Assembly (NCBI RefSeq): GCF_964355755.1
Contig: NC_092676.1
Span: 18,990,871-19,054,870 of the forward strand
Direction of reading: 5' to 3'
From: Antedon mediterranea
Lineage: Eukaryota > Animalia > Echinodermata
Length of the DNA: 64,000 nucleotides
Within the stretch, counting starts at the first letter, position 1, and each line of letters begins with the position of its first letter. The translations under genes and the position numbers were made by a program. The notes beneath the pieces were generated by a model. The model had not been told where the DNA came from and searched no databases. It saw only the letters and a list, made by a program, of their open reading frames with translations. Shown one piece after another: positions 26,401 to 39,100 of this stretch.

Positions 26401-29400
26401 TTTACCTCCGCCAAGGAGGTATATGTAATCGATCGCGTGGGTTTGTTTGTTACTTGGCCAAATTGAAAATTGGCCAAGTATGTTGATCTGTTTGGTTTGT
26501 GTGTTTGTTTGTTTGTCATCACTCTAGCGCTCACAGTTTTGATTCGAATGACTCCAATTTACTACCATACATGTCACCTGGTGCAGGGACGACACTGCCC
26601 AATTTTGGTTAAAATCTGGACCACGGTCCCAATTCTGGAGCACTTAAAAATTATTTTCAGACCTGCTAGTCTTAAAAGATAGGACAGAATTATCAAAAGC
26701 CGGTATGCAGTCTTAAATTAACAAGTAAACTAAACTTGCATTTTCTCGAGAACTACTTCTCCCAAAAACTTCATTTTTGTACAAGAGGCAAGAGTTATAA
26801 TTTGTGATTTCTAATTTTAAAACATAAGTTGATTTAAAGACCCCTTCCCTGCAATTTTGGACGTTTTTTGGAAAATAATACCTATATATCACTTTAAAAA
26901 CATTAAACCATGTCATTTCTTGTCTTAAATGTACGTTTTATGGTAAATTATGATAAAAAGTGAGAAACAATGCACTACCTAAGTAGCTCGCGGCGATCGA
27001 CCTCTCGTGGACGGTCTTAGGCCTAGCCTAGCTAGGCTTAGTTTTGTAGGCCTAGCTGGTAAACATCGGTAACGTACGAACATCGTACGCGAGCTATATA
27101 CCTAGCCTGACGTTGTATAGTTGCTGCATTAATTGTCTTTCTATTTTTGCCAGACTCCGTTGATACAAATTGGGGAAAACCCGGTATTTTCTCTGAAAAG
27201 TTAGGAGTCTTCCATTTGTTTTGGCCTCACGATCGATCGAAAAGTGGGCGAATTACAGGTGAAAAACAAAAATATCAATCCGCGCGCAATGCATTTTGGG
27301 ATTTATAGCGGGCTGCTATAATTATTAGAATCGACTTATTTTTCACATTTTTAACAGTTTAAAGACGAAAAAAGTTATCGCAATAGGACCATATAGTATT
27401 ATTTTTACATTAAATATAGTTTGTGATCTTAAATTAGATCTAAAAAACGTAGGGAATGGGGCTTTAATATACAGGTTTTTTGATGCGAATAGTTTAAAAA
27501 ACCTAATTCTTTTCAAATTCACCCGTGTGTTTTTCGCGTTGCTGTTGTATTGTTAGTCGAGTGAAGCTATTGTTAGTTGAACATAACCTTTACACCAAAC
27601 TCGTACAGTATACACATGATTGTAGTGAAATTAGCCTAAATCACACAGCATAAGACACACACTTTTGGTGAAAATTGGATCAATGTCAGGAGGCCAATTT
27701 TGATTTGGCCAAGTATCGCGCTATGCGCGAAGGCTAGTTTGTCTGTTTGTTTGTTAGCAGGATTACTCAAAAAGTAATTACAAGATCTTTAACAAAATGA
27801 ATATACGGATAGATATGTGGTCAAGGACCATTCCATTAAATGTTGGGACCATTTGGGACCATGGTCCCAATTCTGGACCACTTTTTTAGTATACTATTTA
27901 GACCTGCTAGTGTTAAAAGATAGGACAGAATTTTCCAAAAGCCGGCGAGCAGTCTTACAGTAACAAATAAACTAAAATTGCATTTTCTCGAGAACTACTT
28001 GTCCAAAAAACTTCATTTTTGTACAAGAGGCAAGAGTTATAAATTGTGATTTGTAAATTCAAAACATAATTTGATTTAATGTGCACGTTTTTTGATGCGA
28101 GTAGTTTAAAAAACCTATTTCTTTTCAAATTCACTTGTTTGATTTTCGCGTTGCTGTTCTATTGTTAGTCAACTGAAGCTATTGTTAATTGAAAGGCTTG
28201 TTACATAACCATTACACCAAACTCGCATACACATGCTTGTAGTGAAATTAGCCAGACACACACAAATATATATATATTTCTTTTTTACCGGAGAAATCTT
28301 ATGTAGGAGAATTTTACAGTAGGCGGAGGTATGCACTCTCGGAGTGTCTTTCTAGTTTCTATATGTACCAACTCCTCATTTAAATTGATGATATAAATTG
28401 ATCCTGTTTATGTTTTAGATCGTATAAGTGTAGAAAACGAAGATAGCGATGATGAAGACGAGGATGATGATGAGTTTGACGAGGTCTTGGAGTCAGATGA
28501 AGATGAAATAGATGAAGACGGTGCAGAGTACATGGAAAAATTAGAAAAATCGGTAAGTATAATTGTCATGTTAAAACACTGTCTACACTACGAAACTAGT
28601 TTGGCAAAAATTTTTGATGTGCCCAAATATGGGAGTAATATCATGTCCATATATGGGCACACATCACATTTTGTTGTCACATTCAGTTTGATAGTGTAGA
28701 CAGAGCTTAATGTATTGTTTGTTTAGAGTCCTGCTAAGCTGATTTTCAACTAGACGAATTTCTTCGCGCGTATCCATCGTTTCGCAAAGAAAAAAATGTT
28801 GCTACCCTTTCCACTACAAAGAGCAAATAGCTGTGATTTTCAGGTTCATCGCGTGTCTGTTGAGCTTTTTGATTAGCATCATTGCTAATGAACGTGTTAG
28901 AATCAGAATCCCTGTATTATTTTATCAAGTGGCTATAATGACCATGACCCAACTTTGACCCATATACTTTTTATGTACTCTAATAATAATATATTTCACT
29001 TAATCACTACAAAATTGTGAAATAAAAGATTTTTTGCAGGCACTAAAAATATTTCACAGTCATAAATTTGTATCGAAATTTGCTGCACTAGTTATTATAT
29101 GTGTATATTTGACAATATTTTGTTGCTACTGTGAAAATGTGCCCATATATGGACATGATGTCATATCACTACCATATTTGGGCACATCACACTTTTTTTT
29201 GTCAAAATATTTTGAAAGTGTAGACAGAGCTTAAGAAACGCAACATTTGTTGTCATTTATCATTATAGCTGGAAGGTAAACCAGAAATTGATGAAGATGA
29301 GGCCTACGAAGAGACAGCCTTGGAAGGCTATAACACCACACTAGATGACGAAGAGACGACGGTTGATGAATATGAACAATTTAAGCAAGTCATGCAAAGT

Positions 29401-30884
29401 AAGGATATAAAGGCACTCTCTCTCTCTCGATTCCACTCTCCTTGGTTTGACCGCCATGAGTTAGTAGCATTGGGATGCTGTACAGTAGTTTATCAGACCT
29501 AGACAATTGTTTCAATTTGTGACTGTCACAGGCCTACCGTCCTGAAAAAAAAGCTCACAAATATTAATTTATAAAATTTAAAAATACATTTTTGACACCA
29601 AATAACTTTAAATAAATTTAAATGTTATTACACCATATAATAGCTTATTACATTTTTACCTGAAAGTGAATGTTGTCAAAATCTTAACAATTTTGAGATA
29701 TGTTTTGTACCTAATAGTAGATTCATTAAATACTACAATGTGATAAATATTTAAATAGATTATAATAAATGTTACCGACAAAAGGCTTCCTACATTCTAG
29801 TAGTTTTATGTGATTAAGTTAGTGTATATTGTTTTGTAAACATGACCAGTGCCAATTTTGCCATTTTTCCCCTAACTGTATTAATGAACATTAAATCCCT
29901 TTTTTAGATTTACAGGTTCGTGATCCAGAATGGTATAATGCTCTTACGAATGCCCTCACAGAAGAACACCGCAATGATCTACAACAAGTTATCCTCTACT
30001 CAGATCAACGCAAACTTGCATTAGGTAACAAACAAATATGATCCTCTATTATGGGTTTGTTAAGCTCTGTCTATACTATCAAAACAAAAAAAATGTGATA
30101 TGCACAAATATGGTAGTGATATGATGTTATCATGGTCATATATGGGCACATCACATTTGAAGATTTATAGTGTAGCAGAGTTTATAAACTATTAGTATAG
30201 CAATCAAAGGGCAATTACTGAAAATATGACAATGCTGTGGGTATCAGTGGCTGGATTTCAATGGAGAAATAAGATAACCAAAATAAAAACGACTAAGTAA
30301 AACAGCCAGAAAGAAATTTTTCAGACCTTTTGGGTAACACTAACCCTTCCTTGGTGTAATTTGTATAGCAGTTTAATAATGTTAATATATTTGTATAGTA
30401 TGTTTCACAAACAATGTTGTCTCAATGTGCTTAGTGAAGTAGGGGAAAAATAACTGAATATCCAAGACAACAGAACAGAAAAAAACCATCACCATACTGT
30501 TCCACCAAGACAAGCCGGCTATTTAGTCTCAAGTGTCGTAATGATCTAACTATCTTGCCTAACAAACAATGCAAAGAATAAAATGTATATGGGAAAAGGA
30601 CTTTGAGGACTATTTTTATCAATTGTACCCTGACAATGGTATACAAATTGAAAAACAAACACTAGGCCTAGTGATATGCTATACTAAAATGTGATGTGAT
30701 GTTGTTAAGGGGGTTGTATGAAAGTCACAGTTCCCCACTTAGGCTGGACACTTATTTGAGAGCGTATATTAAGTACAAACATTTTTTGTGTTTATTTGCA
30801 GAATCTAAAAGAATCGAACGAAGTGGAGGATACAAATTCGATAGCACAGCAATTCCAACATCATTTCATTTTGGCAACAGCTAA
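8411..30884 (+). CDS. IPO7: Importin-7 (karyopherin-beta family), 24 coding exons
   Basis: Exons: 8411-8494, 9510-9754, 11158-11316, 11812-11968, 12937-13026, 13511-13605, 14549-14619, 15236-15338, 16023-16168, 17939-18132, 18622-18711, 19335-19542, 19983-20101, 20397-20516, 21204-21270, 21370-21495, 22355-22452, 22854-22952, 23153-23373, 23761-23903, 28419-28552, 29269-29398, 29908-30024, 30802-30884. Diagnostic peptides: [68 protein letters not shown], an acidic loop, and the C-terminus [20 protein letters not shown]. Confidence 0.96.
9830..10751. mobile_element. Non-autonomous DNA transposon with subterminal repeat arrays
   Basis: TIRs GGCCTGTCAC (9830) and GTGACAGGCC (10751). Arrays of GCCAAAAxxGGTCC/GGACCxxTTTTGGC motifs at both ends flank an AT-rich core. 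TSD not resolved. Confidence 0.7.
12412..12560. mobile_element. MITE family A copy (TIR AGCTCTGTCTACACTATCAAACT, PIF/Harbinger-like)
   Basis: TIRs with TAA/TTA flanks; internal GATGTGCCCAAATATGGTAGTGAT and CATGTCCATATATGGGCACATCAC motifs. Confidence 0.7.
13792..14109. mobile_element. Kolobok-like MITE flanked by TTAA
   Basis: TTAA|AGATGTATTGTCCCC ... GGGGTAATATATCT|TTAA. Related copies or fragments at about 7680-7810, 16240-16572 and 60150-60428. Confidence 0.65.
14665..14803. mobile_element. MITE family A copy
   Basis: Near-perfect TIRs AGTTCTGTCTACACTGTCAAACT / AGTTTGATAGTGTAGACAGAGCT. Further copies at about 18284-18440, 19816-19935, 28577-28706, 29100-29231, 30063-30182, 37611-37744, 49665-49737, 50596-50830, 58030-58145, 58620-58775 and 58990-59074. 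Confidence 0.8.
15435..15745 (-). mobile_element. Degenerate tRNA-derived SINE (Deu-like core)
   Basis: Minus strand shows a decayed tRNA head (GGTTCAAG B-box remnant), a core resembling CGGATGAGGACTGTAAACC, and an (AAAT)n tail. Confidence 0.5.
19020..19250. repeat. Minisatellite of about 41 bp, roughly 5-6 copies
   Basis: Recurring unit CTATTTTGAATGTAATAGTGTTATACTGTATCTAAAAAGCA in an IPO7 intron. Confidence 0.8.
20654..20908. mobile_element. MITE with TIR TACCCCTTTCA
   Basis: TACCCCTTTCA...TGAAAGGGGTA inverted termini with TAA/TTA-like flanks. Confidence 0.55.
21520..21648. mobile_element. MITE family A copy
   Basis: TTA|AGCTCTGTCTACACTATCA...TGATAGTGTAGACAGAGTT|TTA. Confidence 0.8.
21830..22135 (-). 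mobile_element. tRNA-derived SINE (same family as 26074-26393), diverged
   Basis: Reverse-complement matches to the core (CTCTCTCCAC.CAGGTGTA.AAATGGGTACC), to ACTGGGGTAATAATG and to the tail. Confidence 0.7.
24389..26034. mobile_element. Non-autonomous DNA transposon with 31-bp TIRs and a 7-bp TSD (P-superfamily-like), right end amplified
   Basis: Left TIR CAAAGAACTTATAACACAAGAATCTCCTGTT at 24389-24419; right TIR at 24683-24713; TSD CCGTGTC at 24382-24388 and 26035-26041. Confidence 0.8.
24714..26034 (+). repeat. 27-bp tandem array, 49 units of CTAGATTCTTGTGTTATAAGTTCTTTG
   Basis: 1321 bp = 49x27 - 2. One unit near 25080 lacks TA; the others appear identical. Confidence 0.95.
26074..26393 (+). 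mobile_element. Full-length tRNA-derived SINE (CORE-like core, L2-like tail)
   Basis: A box TGGCGCAGTGTGTTGG, B box GGTTCGAATCC, core GGCAAGATACTT...CTCTCTCCACCCAGGTGTATAAATGGGTACC, then GGCGCTATATAAAT and a (TAT)n tail. Confidence 0.85.
26403..28355 (+). mobile_element. Helentron-associated non-autonomous element (HINE), outer element
   Basis: 5' subTIR plus inverted repeat TACCTCCGCCAAGGAGGTA and a (GTTT)n tract; 3' subTIR GGCGGAGGT, hairpin CACTCTCGGAGTG, terminal CTAG followed by TT. Confidence 0.8.
26451..27737 (+). mobile_element. HINE nested in the (GTTT)n tract of the outer HINE
   Basis: 5' palindrome ACTTGGCCAA...TTGGCCAAGT; 3' subTIR TTGGCCAAGT, hairpin TCGCGC..GCGCGA, terminal CTAG followed by TT. 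Confidence 0.8.
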
Positions 30885-33170
30885 ATGCTCCTTCCCTCCA
30901 CGGTATATTCATTTTCTTCATAAAATAGTAGTTTAATGAATTATAGTAGAGGATGAGGAATTTTATTTGATGCGTAACTATTATGCAACTAGAGACGTGT
31001 CTGTCCAAAAAGATGTAATGGACCGTGTCAGTTGAATTCTACTGCAGTTACTGCAGCAACTACTTGCTTTTTAAATCCTGTTTGTGTGATAATTAAGATA
31101 CCTTTTTTTTGGACGAACATACACATTTTATTGCAGTGGCTATCACCAAAAAACTTGTACATTGAAACAAAATTGTACATTACTGCAGTAAAAATGTAGT
31201 TACTGCAGTAACTGAAGTAGAATAATTTTGACATAATTCCTAAATTATTCTCACATTTCGCAGTCTGATTGTAAGTTAGCTAAATTCTGTTGCATTGTGG
31301 GAGACACGACGAGTGAACTGTTAATAGACGCTACATGTAAGGGTAATAAAGTAACCATTTTACATTGGAGTTTCGTAAGACATGACAACTAAAATTGAAA
31401 TATTTTTCACTTGTTGTATGTGTGTTAAAGGCATCTGAATTGTAAAATCTGACAATACTATTATGTCTGTTGGGTAATTTTTCTAGACCTCTAAACAAAT
31501 ATGTATGTTTTTAACCGAATCATTACGACCAAGTTCTGAAATATTTAATTAGTTATAAATAATAAGCTAAAGATAAGCTATTGAGGTGAGATAAATTGGT
31601 AAAAAAGATTTTATAATACAGTAACCTATTGATTAAATTGTGTGTCTGATTTAAGGAGGTGTTTTGACTTCTTAAACAGTCCTGAATTATACCATCATCT
31701 GCCGTTATAACCATATTGTAAATATGTTTTTACATGAAGGTAGAGTTCATGTATAAAACTGGAATTGCTTCCTTGTAATACCAGCATTTATTTTATTTCT
31801 TTTAAATTTCCATTTCATATCCGTATGCTTGTTGCAGTGGCACTGTAGCTTGGTTGTTTGTATCCTTGCTTATGATTCTTAAAAGTTCTAGTTCGATCTC
31901 ATGCTCAGTCCATATGTTTTTTCATAGCAAATACCTAGCCAATGAAAAACAATTGTGTACTGTATTTCTTTTCTTTCTTGATATAACGTTGTGGTTAGTA
32001 TGTTGCGATATAGAAAAAAAGGTGAATACCTGGTTTAACTAGGTCGTTCATGATAATTTAGTAGAAAAGCAAATAAACTAAAAAAAAACAAACATAATGA
32101 ATAAATTGATAGCAAATTCAAAGTAATTATTAGGATTTTCAGATGAAATTTTAAAATTCAAAATGTAACTGTAGGCTAAAAGCTATCGTAAGCTAAAAAA
32201 TAACTATATTTTGGTCCTCAAGAATAAGCCCACCTCGAACTTGACTAAATTTTAACACTTGATTCTCTGAACTGTATCTGTTCAGTATCATATGTATGCA
32301 CAATATATTATACATTGTACCTATGATACTCGTGTCACATGTGATACTGACTGTACAAATTATACACATGGTACCGAGAATCAGCTTAATTCTCAAGTCA
32401 GTTACTTTTGTGACTATTAAATCCAGATGAATTAATATTAATTGTCATTTTTCATTTATTAATAATATTTTATAGTTCAAGATGTTTTCTTGTAGCGATT
32501 GTGGTGTTGAACTTCCGCCGATTTTATTTTTTAGATGAAATTTATGATCTGTATAGCTCATAATTGTTCCGGCCTAGTTTTATCATTTAATAGTACTGTA
32601 GTAACAATCAAATTCATAATTTACTGCAGATCTTTAACTTTTATTGAAGCCATGGTCATGTTTTAGTGTAGGTGTATTTGGTTTGATGAGTTTTGGTTTC
32701 ATATTGGAAACAGTTATATATGAAAACTTGTCACATGATGACTTGCCTATGGTTTAATTTGGTTATCCAAACATGCATATAGGCCTAGTTAATATTGTTT
32801 ATACATGTTTTTTATTGTCAATTTGGTCATGTGAATACATTTAGAGCTACGGCTAGTAATAATGAAATATTAACTCCATTACTCCAATATGAATTGTAAA
32901 TTCATAGGAATCATAATGTTAAATACTTAATACCTTCACGGTGATAAAGATATAATTTTTCATTTACAAGGTGTATTAGATCTTAAATTATGTATAAATC
33001 ATCAAGTTCTACCAAAAATAAAAATGCTCTTCTTATTTATAAAATAATATACTAAGTTCAGAGACAAAACTCTAGTCTTGATCCGATTCATACAAAAAAC
33101 GTATTTTTAATCAAATTTCCAAAAATGTACACCATGCCCTTAAAGTTATCCCCTGTGGTCACATCCCTTA

Positions 33171-33299
33171 AGCTCTGTTTACGCCATCAAACTGTATGTG
33201 ACCATATATGGACATGATAATACACGCGTCGACATATCACTACCATATTTGGGCACATCACACTTTTTGTCAAAATAGTTTTATAGTGTAGACAGAGCT
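33171..33299. mobile_element. MITE family A copy in the probable IPO7 3' UTR/downstream region
   Basis: AGCTCTGTTTACGCCATCAAACT...TAGTGTAGACAGAGCT. Confidence 0.7.
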
Positions 33300-34164
33300 T
33301 ATCAGTGATGTAAATGTTTACTCCTTACCATAGCATGTTGATTATTGATTTTAAACCCCTACCTCATTTTCATTCCGAACTGAAGTATGGGCAGCGTTGA
33401 GTGCCATACAATAGATTATTTACTCAAGAATGCAGACAAATTTGTAATTGACTGATTTCCAAAGAAAGTGCTTAAAAATTGTGATATGAATTCTTGCTTT
33501 GTAAATGTTTGCTAATAGATTTCAAGCATATAAATTATTTTACTTGTTTATTTTGAATAAATTGATACTCATTTTTACAGCGGCTACATATTCTTTTTAA
33601 AAAAGTACGAAAAAGGAGCAAAGTTCATTTGTCTCATTGCCATCCCTAATGCAGTAGGGCCCGTCCTTTGGGAGACCCCTATTGGGCGGACACTTGTCCC
33701 GTGAAACGAACGAGGGGGCAATACTACAGCAAACCTCTATTAAGGGGACACTTTTTAGGTCCTGAAAGTGTCAATTTGAATTTGAGGGGTGTTTTACTGT
33801 ATATTCTAATAATTGTTTTAATGTCAGCGAAATTTCTACCTTTGGAAAATGTATTTGCTCCTAAAATAAGACTGAAATTTAATTTCGATTAACGTCATAA
33901 CAATAGGATATGACATAATCACTAAATTTAAATTTTCTAATATCATATTTAATAATGTTGTTTAATTGTTGGTGTTCAGTTCAGGTTCCTTATGTGTTGA
34001 AATACTAGTGTAATTATAATTTATTAATGTATCAAAAATATTATTATTTTTAAACGTCTGTATAGTCTCCCATTTCTAGAAACATTATGTTAAAGCAAAA
34101 CTAAATATAAGTTTGACTAATTGTCTAGTTTTCGACATCTCGTAGAGATACGTTCACGCGTTGA

Positions 34165-34326
34165 AGCTTGGTTCTTAATTTGATGCAAGGCAAGGACGTA
34201 TTAAGAGCAACGAAAGTAAGTTGACCAATCACGGCGCGGTTTATCATCCAAACCGTCGCTTGTGATTGGTCAACTCACTTACGTTGTGCCTACGTTGTTA
34301 CATTGCTTCCACTTGGGAACCAAGCT
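34165..34326. mobile_element. MITE family B (TIR AGCTTGGTTCCCACT, internal GACCAATCAC/GTGATTGGTC)
   Basis: Other copies or fragments at about 11530-11580, 35050-35121, 35125-35271, 35923-36119, 38277-38400 and 50892-51006. Confidence 0.65.
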
Positions 34327-36118
34327 GCATTCACACGTCATCACTACTTCATGTTAAACAATGGAAAATCATAACAAATTGAACGTATTCCGTTTCAAGT
34401 GTGAATATAGCTTTAAAGTTGTGTCTTTTAGGTGTTTTCTGACAAAATATGACGTATTGTTGTTTACCTGAAATGTAGTTTTAAGATTACGTAATTCCCA
34501 ACTTCGTATAAAATGCGTGCAAGCGGCCAATTAATTATACGTTTTGTTATTTGATAGAAATCATTGTACAACAAATCGTGCCATGAATTAATAAACTTTC
34601 ACAATATATCTATGAAGATTTATTGATTGGTTTTATTGCTTTTTGTTGGCCTTCGAGAACAAATATTGGTTGTTAGACTAAACCTCCATATTATTGAACA
34701 TAAAAGACAACGCTATCAATTTAAAATGTTACCTAATTTTTAATATTAAAGACATTTCACAAAACTTCTATAATTCCTCCTGTCAACAAATATAAACTAT
34801 TATATTACATTAAAAAGCCTGTTTTCTACCAACAAATAATAGATTCATTGCCAATTTAACGTTTTTTAGCTCTGATTGAATTATTGCGATGTTTTTTAAA
34901 ACTCGCTCCATTTTGCCTAGTGGAAAACAGGCTTTAAGCATAGAAATTTAGTATATAAAATGATCGCAATTATAAACAGTGGTGACGTAATGCATGTAAA
35001 CAATAACGCATTGTTTTACGCCATTGGTCTACTTGTATTCAAACTCTCACTTGTCATTGGTCAACACGCTTGCGTTGCGTTTACGTCCTTTTGCGTTCTG
35101 TCTCCAGTGGGAACCAAGCTTTAAAGGATAGTATAGGAAGCAAGGACGTAGGCACAGCGCATTTTAAGCGAGTTGACCAATGACAAGCGACAGTTTGAAT
35201 AATCGATCGCTTGTGATTGGTCAAATCATTTGCGCTGATCTTACGCCCTTTCGTTCTAGTGGGAACCAAGCATTTACCAGTAAATTGACGGTAGTATAAA
35301 AGTTTGTCACAAATATAAAAACCAACAATCTTAATGACCGTGGGATATTCACGCGAGATGAATGATATTATTTACACTTTATTTTGTGTTTATATTTCAA
35401 GATGACATTTTAGTGTATTGAATAATGACTATTATGTAAACACCTAAATAAATTATTGTCATTATGTTTGGACGATTTTCGGTCACATGGCGTGTAATAG
35501 TACGCACTATTAAACGATCGTTTAATAGTACTTTTTGTCGTGTACGCAAAAACAAATCTGTTCGCGTTTGAAAAATATTTTTTTTATACTATTGCTTTTG
35601 AAATGCAACAGCACCACCTATTCATTATTTGTATACTAACATGTTGATTTTCAATAGTGTAATCATGGGTTTTCTTCGTCTTGCCTCACAGTAGATTCTA
35701 GCTGGCACGTACCCGTAACCTTGTTTATCATTCACACCTAAAAAGCAAAAGAACAGTTAGTAACTTGGCAAGCATACAATATTGTACAGTGAAAACACAT
35801 AACATTAATAACAGCAGCTCTTGAACTGTAGTATCATATTATCAAACCTAACCATCTTTTGTTTTAATTCGTCCTTAATAATAACAACCCTAACTGAAAA
35901 AATAGTTACATAGCTACCCTACAGCGTGGTTCCCACTACAACGCAACGCAACAACGTATTGACGCAAAGTGATGATTGCGTAATCAGAATGCCGACGACG
36001 CAACAGTGCTGCAAACATCGCTTGATTTCACGCAGGCGGGGGCAAACAATATTATTGGAAGGGCATTTTCGTACGTTGTGTAGATTGCGTTACGCTGCGT
36101 CGCTAGTGGGAACCACGC

Positions 36119-39100
36119 TTACGCGAACATTGCAGTGAAAACACATTGGTAAAATACCATCAATAACCGTTGTAAAATAATACTAACGTTTGATTGAAGT
36201 ATATTTTCCTTTTCTTTGCCATTATCATTCTCAGAACAGCATTTCTTGTCTCCACAGTCGTCATCTTTGCATCCTATTGCACAAGTTTTGTTGGCCTCAT
36301 CCGTTGAACTTGAATAACCCTTTTAAAAATAGAAAAAAGAAGAAAATAGAAGTAGTACGAATAGGCCTATTAGAACATAGTACGGATACAAGAACATAAA
36401 ACAAAATATTACGAATACAAGAACATAGTGCGAATAAAAGAAAGTAGTACGAATACAAGAACATAGTGCGAATAAAAGAAAATAGTACGAATACAAGAAC
36501 ATAGTGCGAATAAAAGAAAATAGTGCGAATAAAAGAAAATAGTACGAATACAAGAACATAGTACGGATAAAAGAAAATAGTACGAATACAATAAATTTTA
36601 AATGATGTATTTCATTTGTATTTTAACCAAATTAAACTCGATTTTTGTATTTTTATGTGAATTTGTAACTTTGAACAAACTAAAATAATTTCAAACCATG
36701 TACTATATTTTACCAAATTAAATGAATGAAAGTGAACATAAATGGAAGTACTGTAATTATAATAGGCCCTGCTACTGTACCTTAACTATAAATTCCGGTT
36801 GGATAGTATACGAATGTATTCCATTTTGATGAAATATTCGACGCAGTATTTCTGCTATTCGCATGTATTCCTTCACATTATCGTCGAGTGATAAGTGCAC
36901 GGACGCCATGAGGACGTCCCCTGATAGCTGCCACACATGAAACTCGTGCAGATTTTCGGTTGGAATCTACGAAATTGAATTAGAAATAGAGATATCAACA
37001 TTTTTCTACTGTAGTTACTGCAGTAATTACATGTTGTTTTCTTTTTAACTTATTTATGCAATATCTAATGTTCACTGTGAATGCCTCATAAACGTTGACA
37101 TTGAACAAACTAAAAGTCAGCATTACTGTAATGTAATAGACAGGAAATATAAATATGATTTAATATAAATAATGTTCAGGTTGATAGTATTAATATAATT
37201 ATGATATATGTGTTAACAATGTAAATAATATTAAAGAGGATACAAAAGCAAAATATTACAAAGGAAGAAAAGGTAGAAGATGTATAAAAAAGCATGACAT
37301 TGAATTAATAAAGGTGGTGGTTTAAAAAAAAAGTATACGCCCTTACAGTAAAATCACTTACTACTGTACTGTAACAAATACAATTTAGTAGGCCTAATAA
37401 CCATCAGTCATTATTATTGACAAAATTGGTCAGATGTCCTACTTTGACATAATTATTATAATTATGTCATAAGACAAACATCTGGTCAGCTCCCTGACGC
37501 AAAACGAAGGAGTCAGTGGCTATAGTATCATAATCAAAAGTTATTTTATGGAGTATAAAATACACGCCATTAAAAGTTATGATGCCATTTATCTACTACC
37601 ACTCCATATAAAGCTGTCTAAATACACACTATCAAATTAGTTTGACAAAAACGGGTATGATGTGCCCAAATATAAAAGTGATATGACGTCATCGTGTCCA
37701 TATATGGGCACATCACATAAAGTTTGATAGTGTGGACAGAACTTTAGCAAGAACTGCCTTGATTGGTGCCTACCTCTTGTTCTATCCTGTTTCGTAACTC
37801 TTCAAAGTTAACACTTACAGGGATCGATAAAAGCAATATCAAGCTAGCTTCTTTCACTAAGTAACAAAAATAACTACCAGTAAATCAAACCAGTGATGCA
37901 AATTAGCATGTACATAAAACACTTATTTTGTTCTTATTAGTTTGATAGAATTTTACTTACGTAGAGGATAGCATGTAAAACAAATAATAAAAACAACGAC
38001 AATGCTAATACAAGGGTCGATGTAGACTGTCCAGGGAGCGTCGATAAAATGGATGGACAGAGCACTGGCAATGACGACAACTGATGCAAGGGCATCGCCC
38101 ATAATATGAAGGAATACACCCTTCATATTCATCTGTTCATTAGAAGCTGAAAAGATACCAAGATATCACGTATTTGTCGTCGTCGCTTCGTCGTAGTTCA
38201 GTAGTGTGTGTCGGGTTGGGGATAGCGAGCTTTTGTTTCGGGACTGTCGGCAGACGTATGAGGAGACGGTAATTTAAAGATTGGTTCCCAGTAGGACGCA
38301 AGACGCAAAGATGTAACAGCAACACAAGGATCAGACGAGACGGTAATTTAAAGCTTGGTTCCCACTACTACGCATGACGCAAAGACGTAATAGCAACACG
38401 AGGATCGGAGGAAACGGGAATTTAAAGCTAGATATCCACATATGAGACGTTTCTTGTCCACCTCAGCAATCGAGTCCTCTATTATCACAGTCAGCATGGT
38501 GGTCACATCAACAATCATCATCAACATCATCATCATCAACATCATCATCATCAACATCGTCATCATCATCGTCGATCATCATCATCACCGTCATCATCAA
38601 CACCATCATCACCATCATCATCATCATCAACATCGTCATCATCATCATCATCATCATCATCATTACCATCATCACCATCATCATCATCACCACAATCACC
38701 ATGACCCTCCATCATTAATCTGCATTTGTGACATGGTGATCCATGATCCATTCATAAAATTCACTTACTAGTAATGGGTAAATTTTCATTCGTTATGAGA
38801 TGAGACTTCTCCGATGGGTGTTGCTTAATATCAATGTCCCTATTACTGTGACTATGTCCAGACGCATGGCTATCTCCATGTCCAGACCCATGGCTGTGTC
38901 CATGTCCAGACCCATGACTATGTCCATGTCCTGTGAAAGAATGTAAATTATCAATTGCCAGACCAAATATCAGTTGTCTTGCTTAAATATTGTAAACTTA
39001 ATCAAAATAATACTTTTTATACTGTGATCTACTCTTTGTCGGAATAAATGAAAATATGGTGTTTTTCATTGAACTTAGACCAACTCGGACAGCGTCGTAC

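Noticed and set aside
38442-38771. Poly-His ORF antisense to a zinc transporter, and a poly-Asp ORF on the sense strand
   Set aside because: Tempting as a metal-binding peptide, but it is a (CAT)n microsatellite. The nearest sense acceptor gives an immediate in-frame stop, and the flanking ZnT exons join in phase without it.
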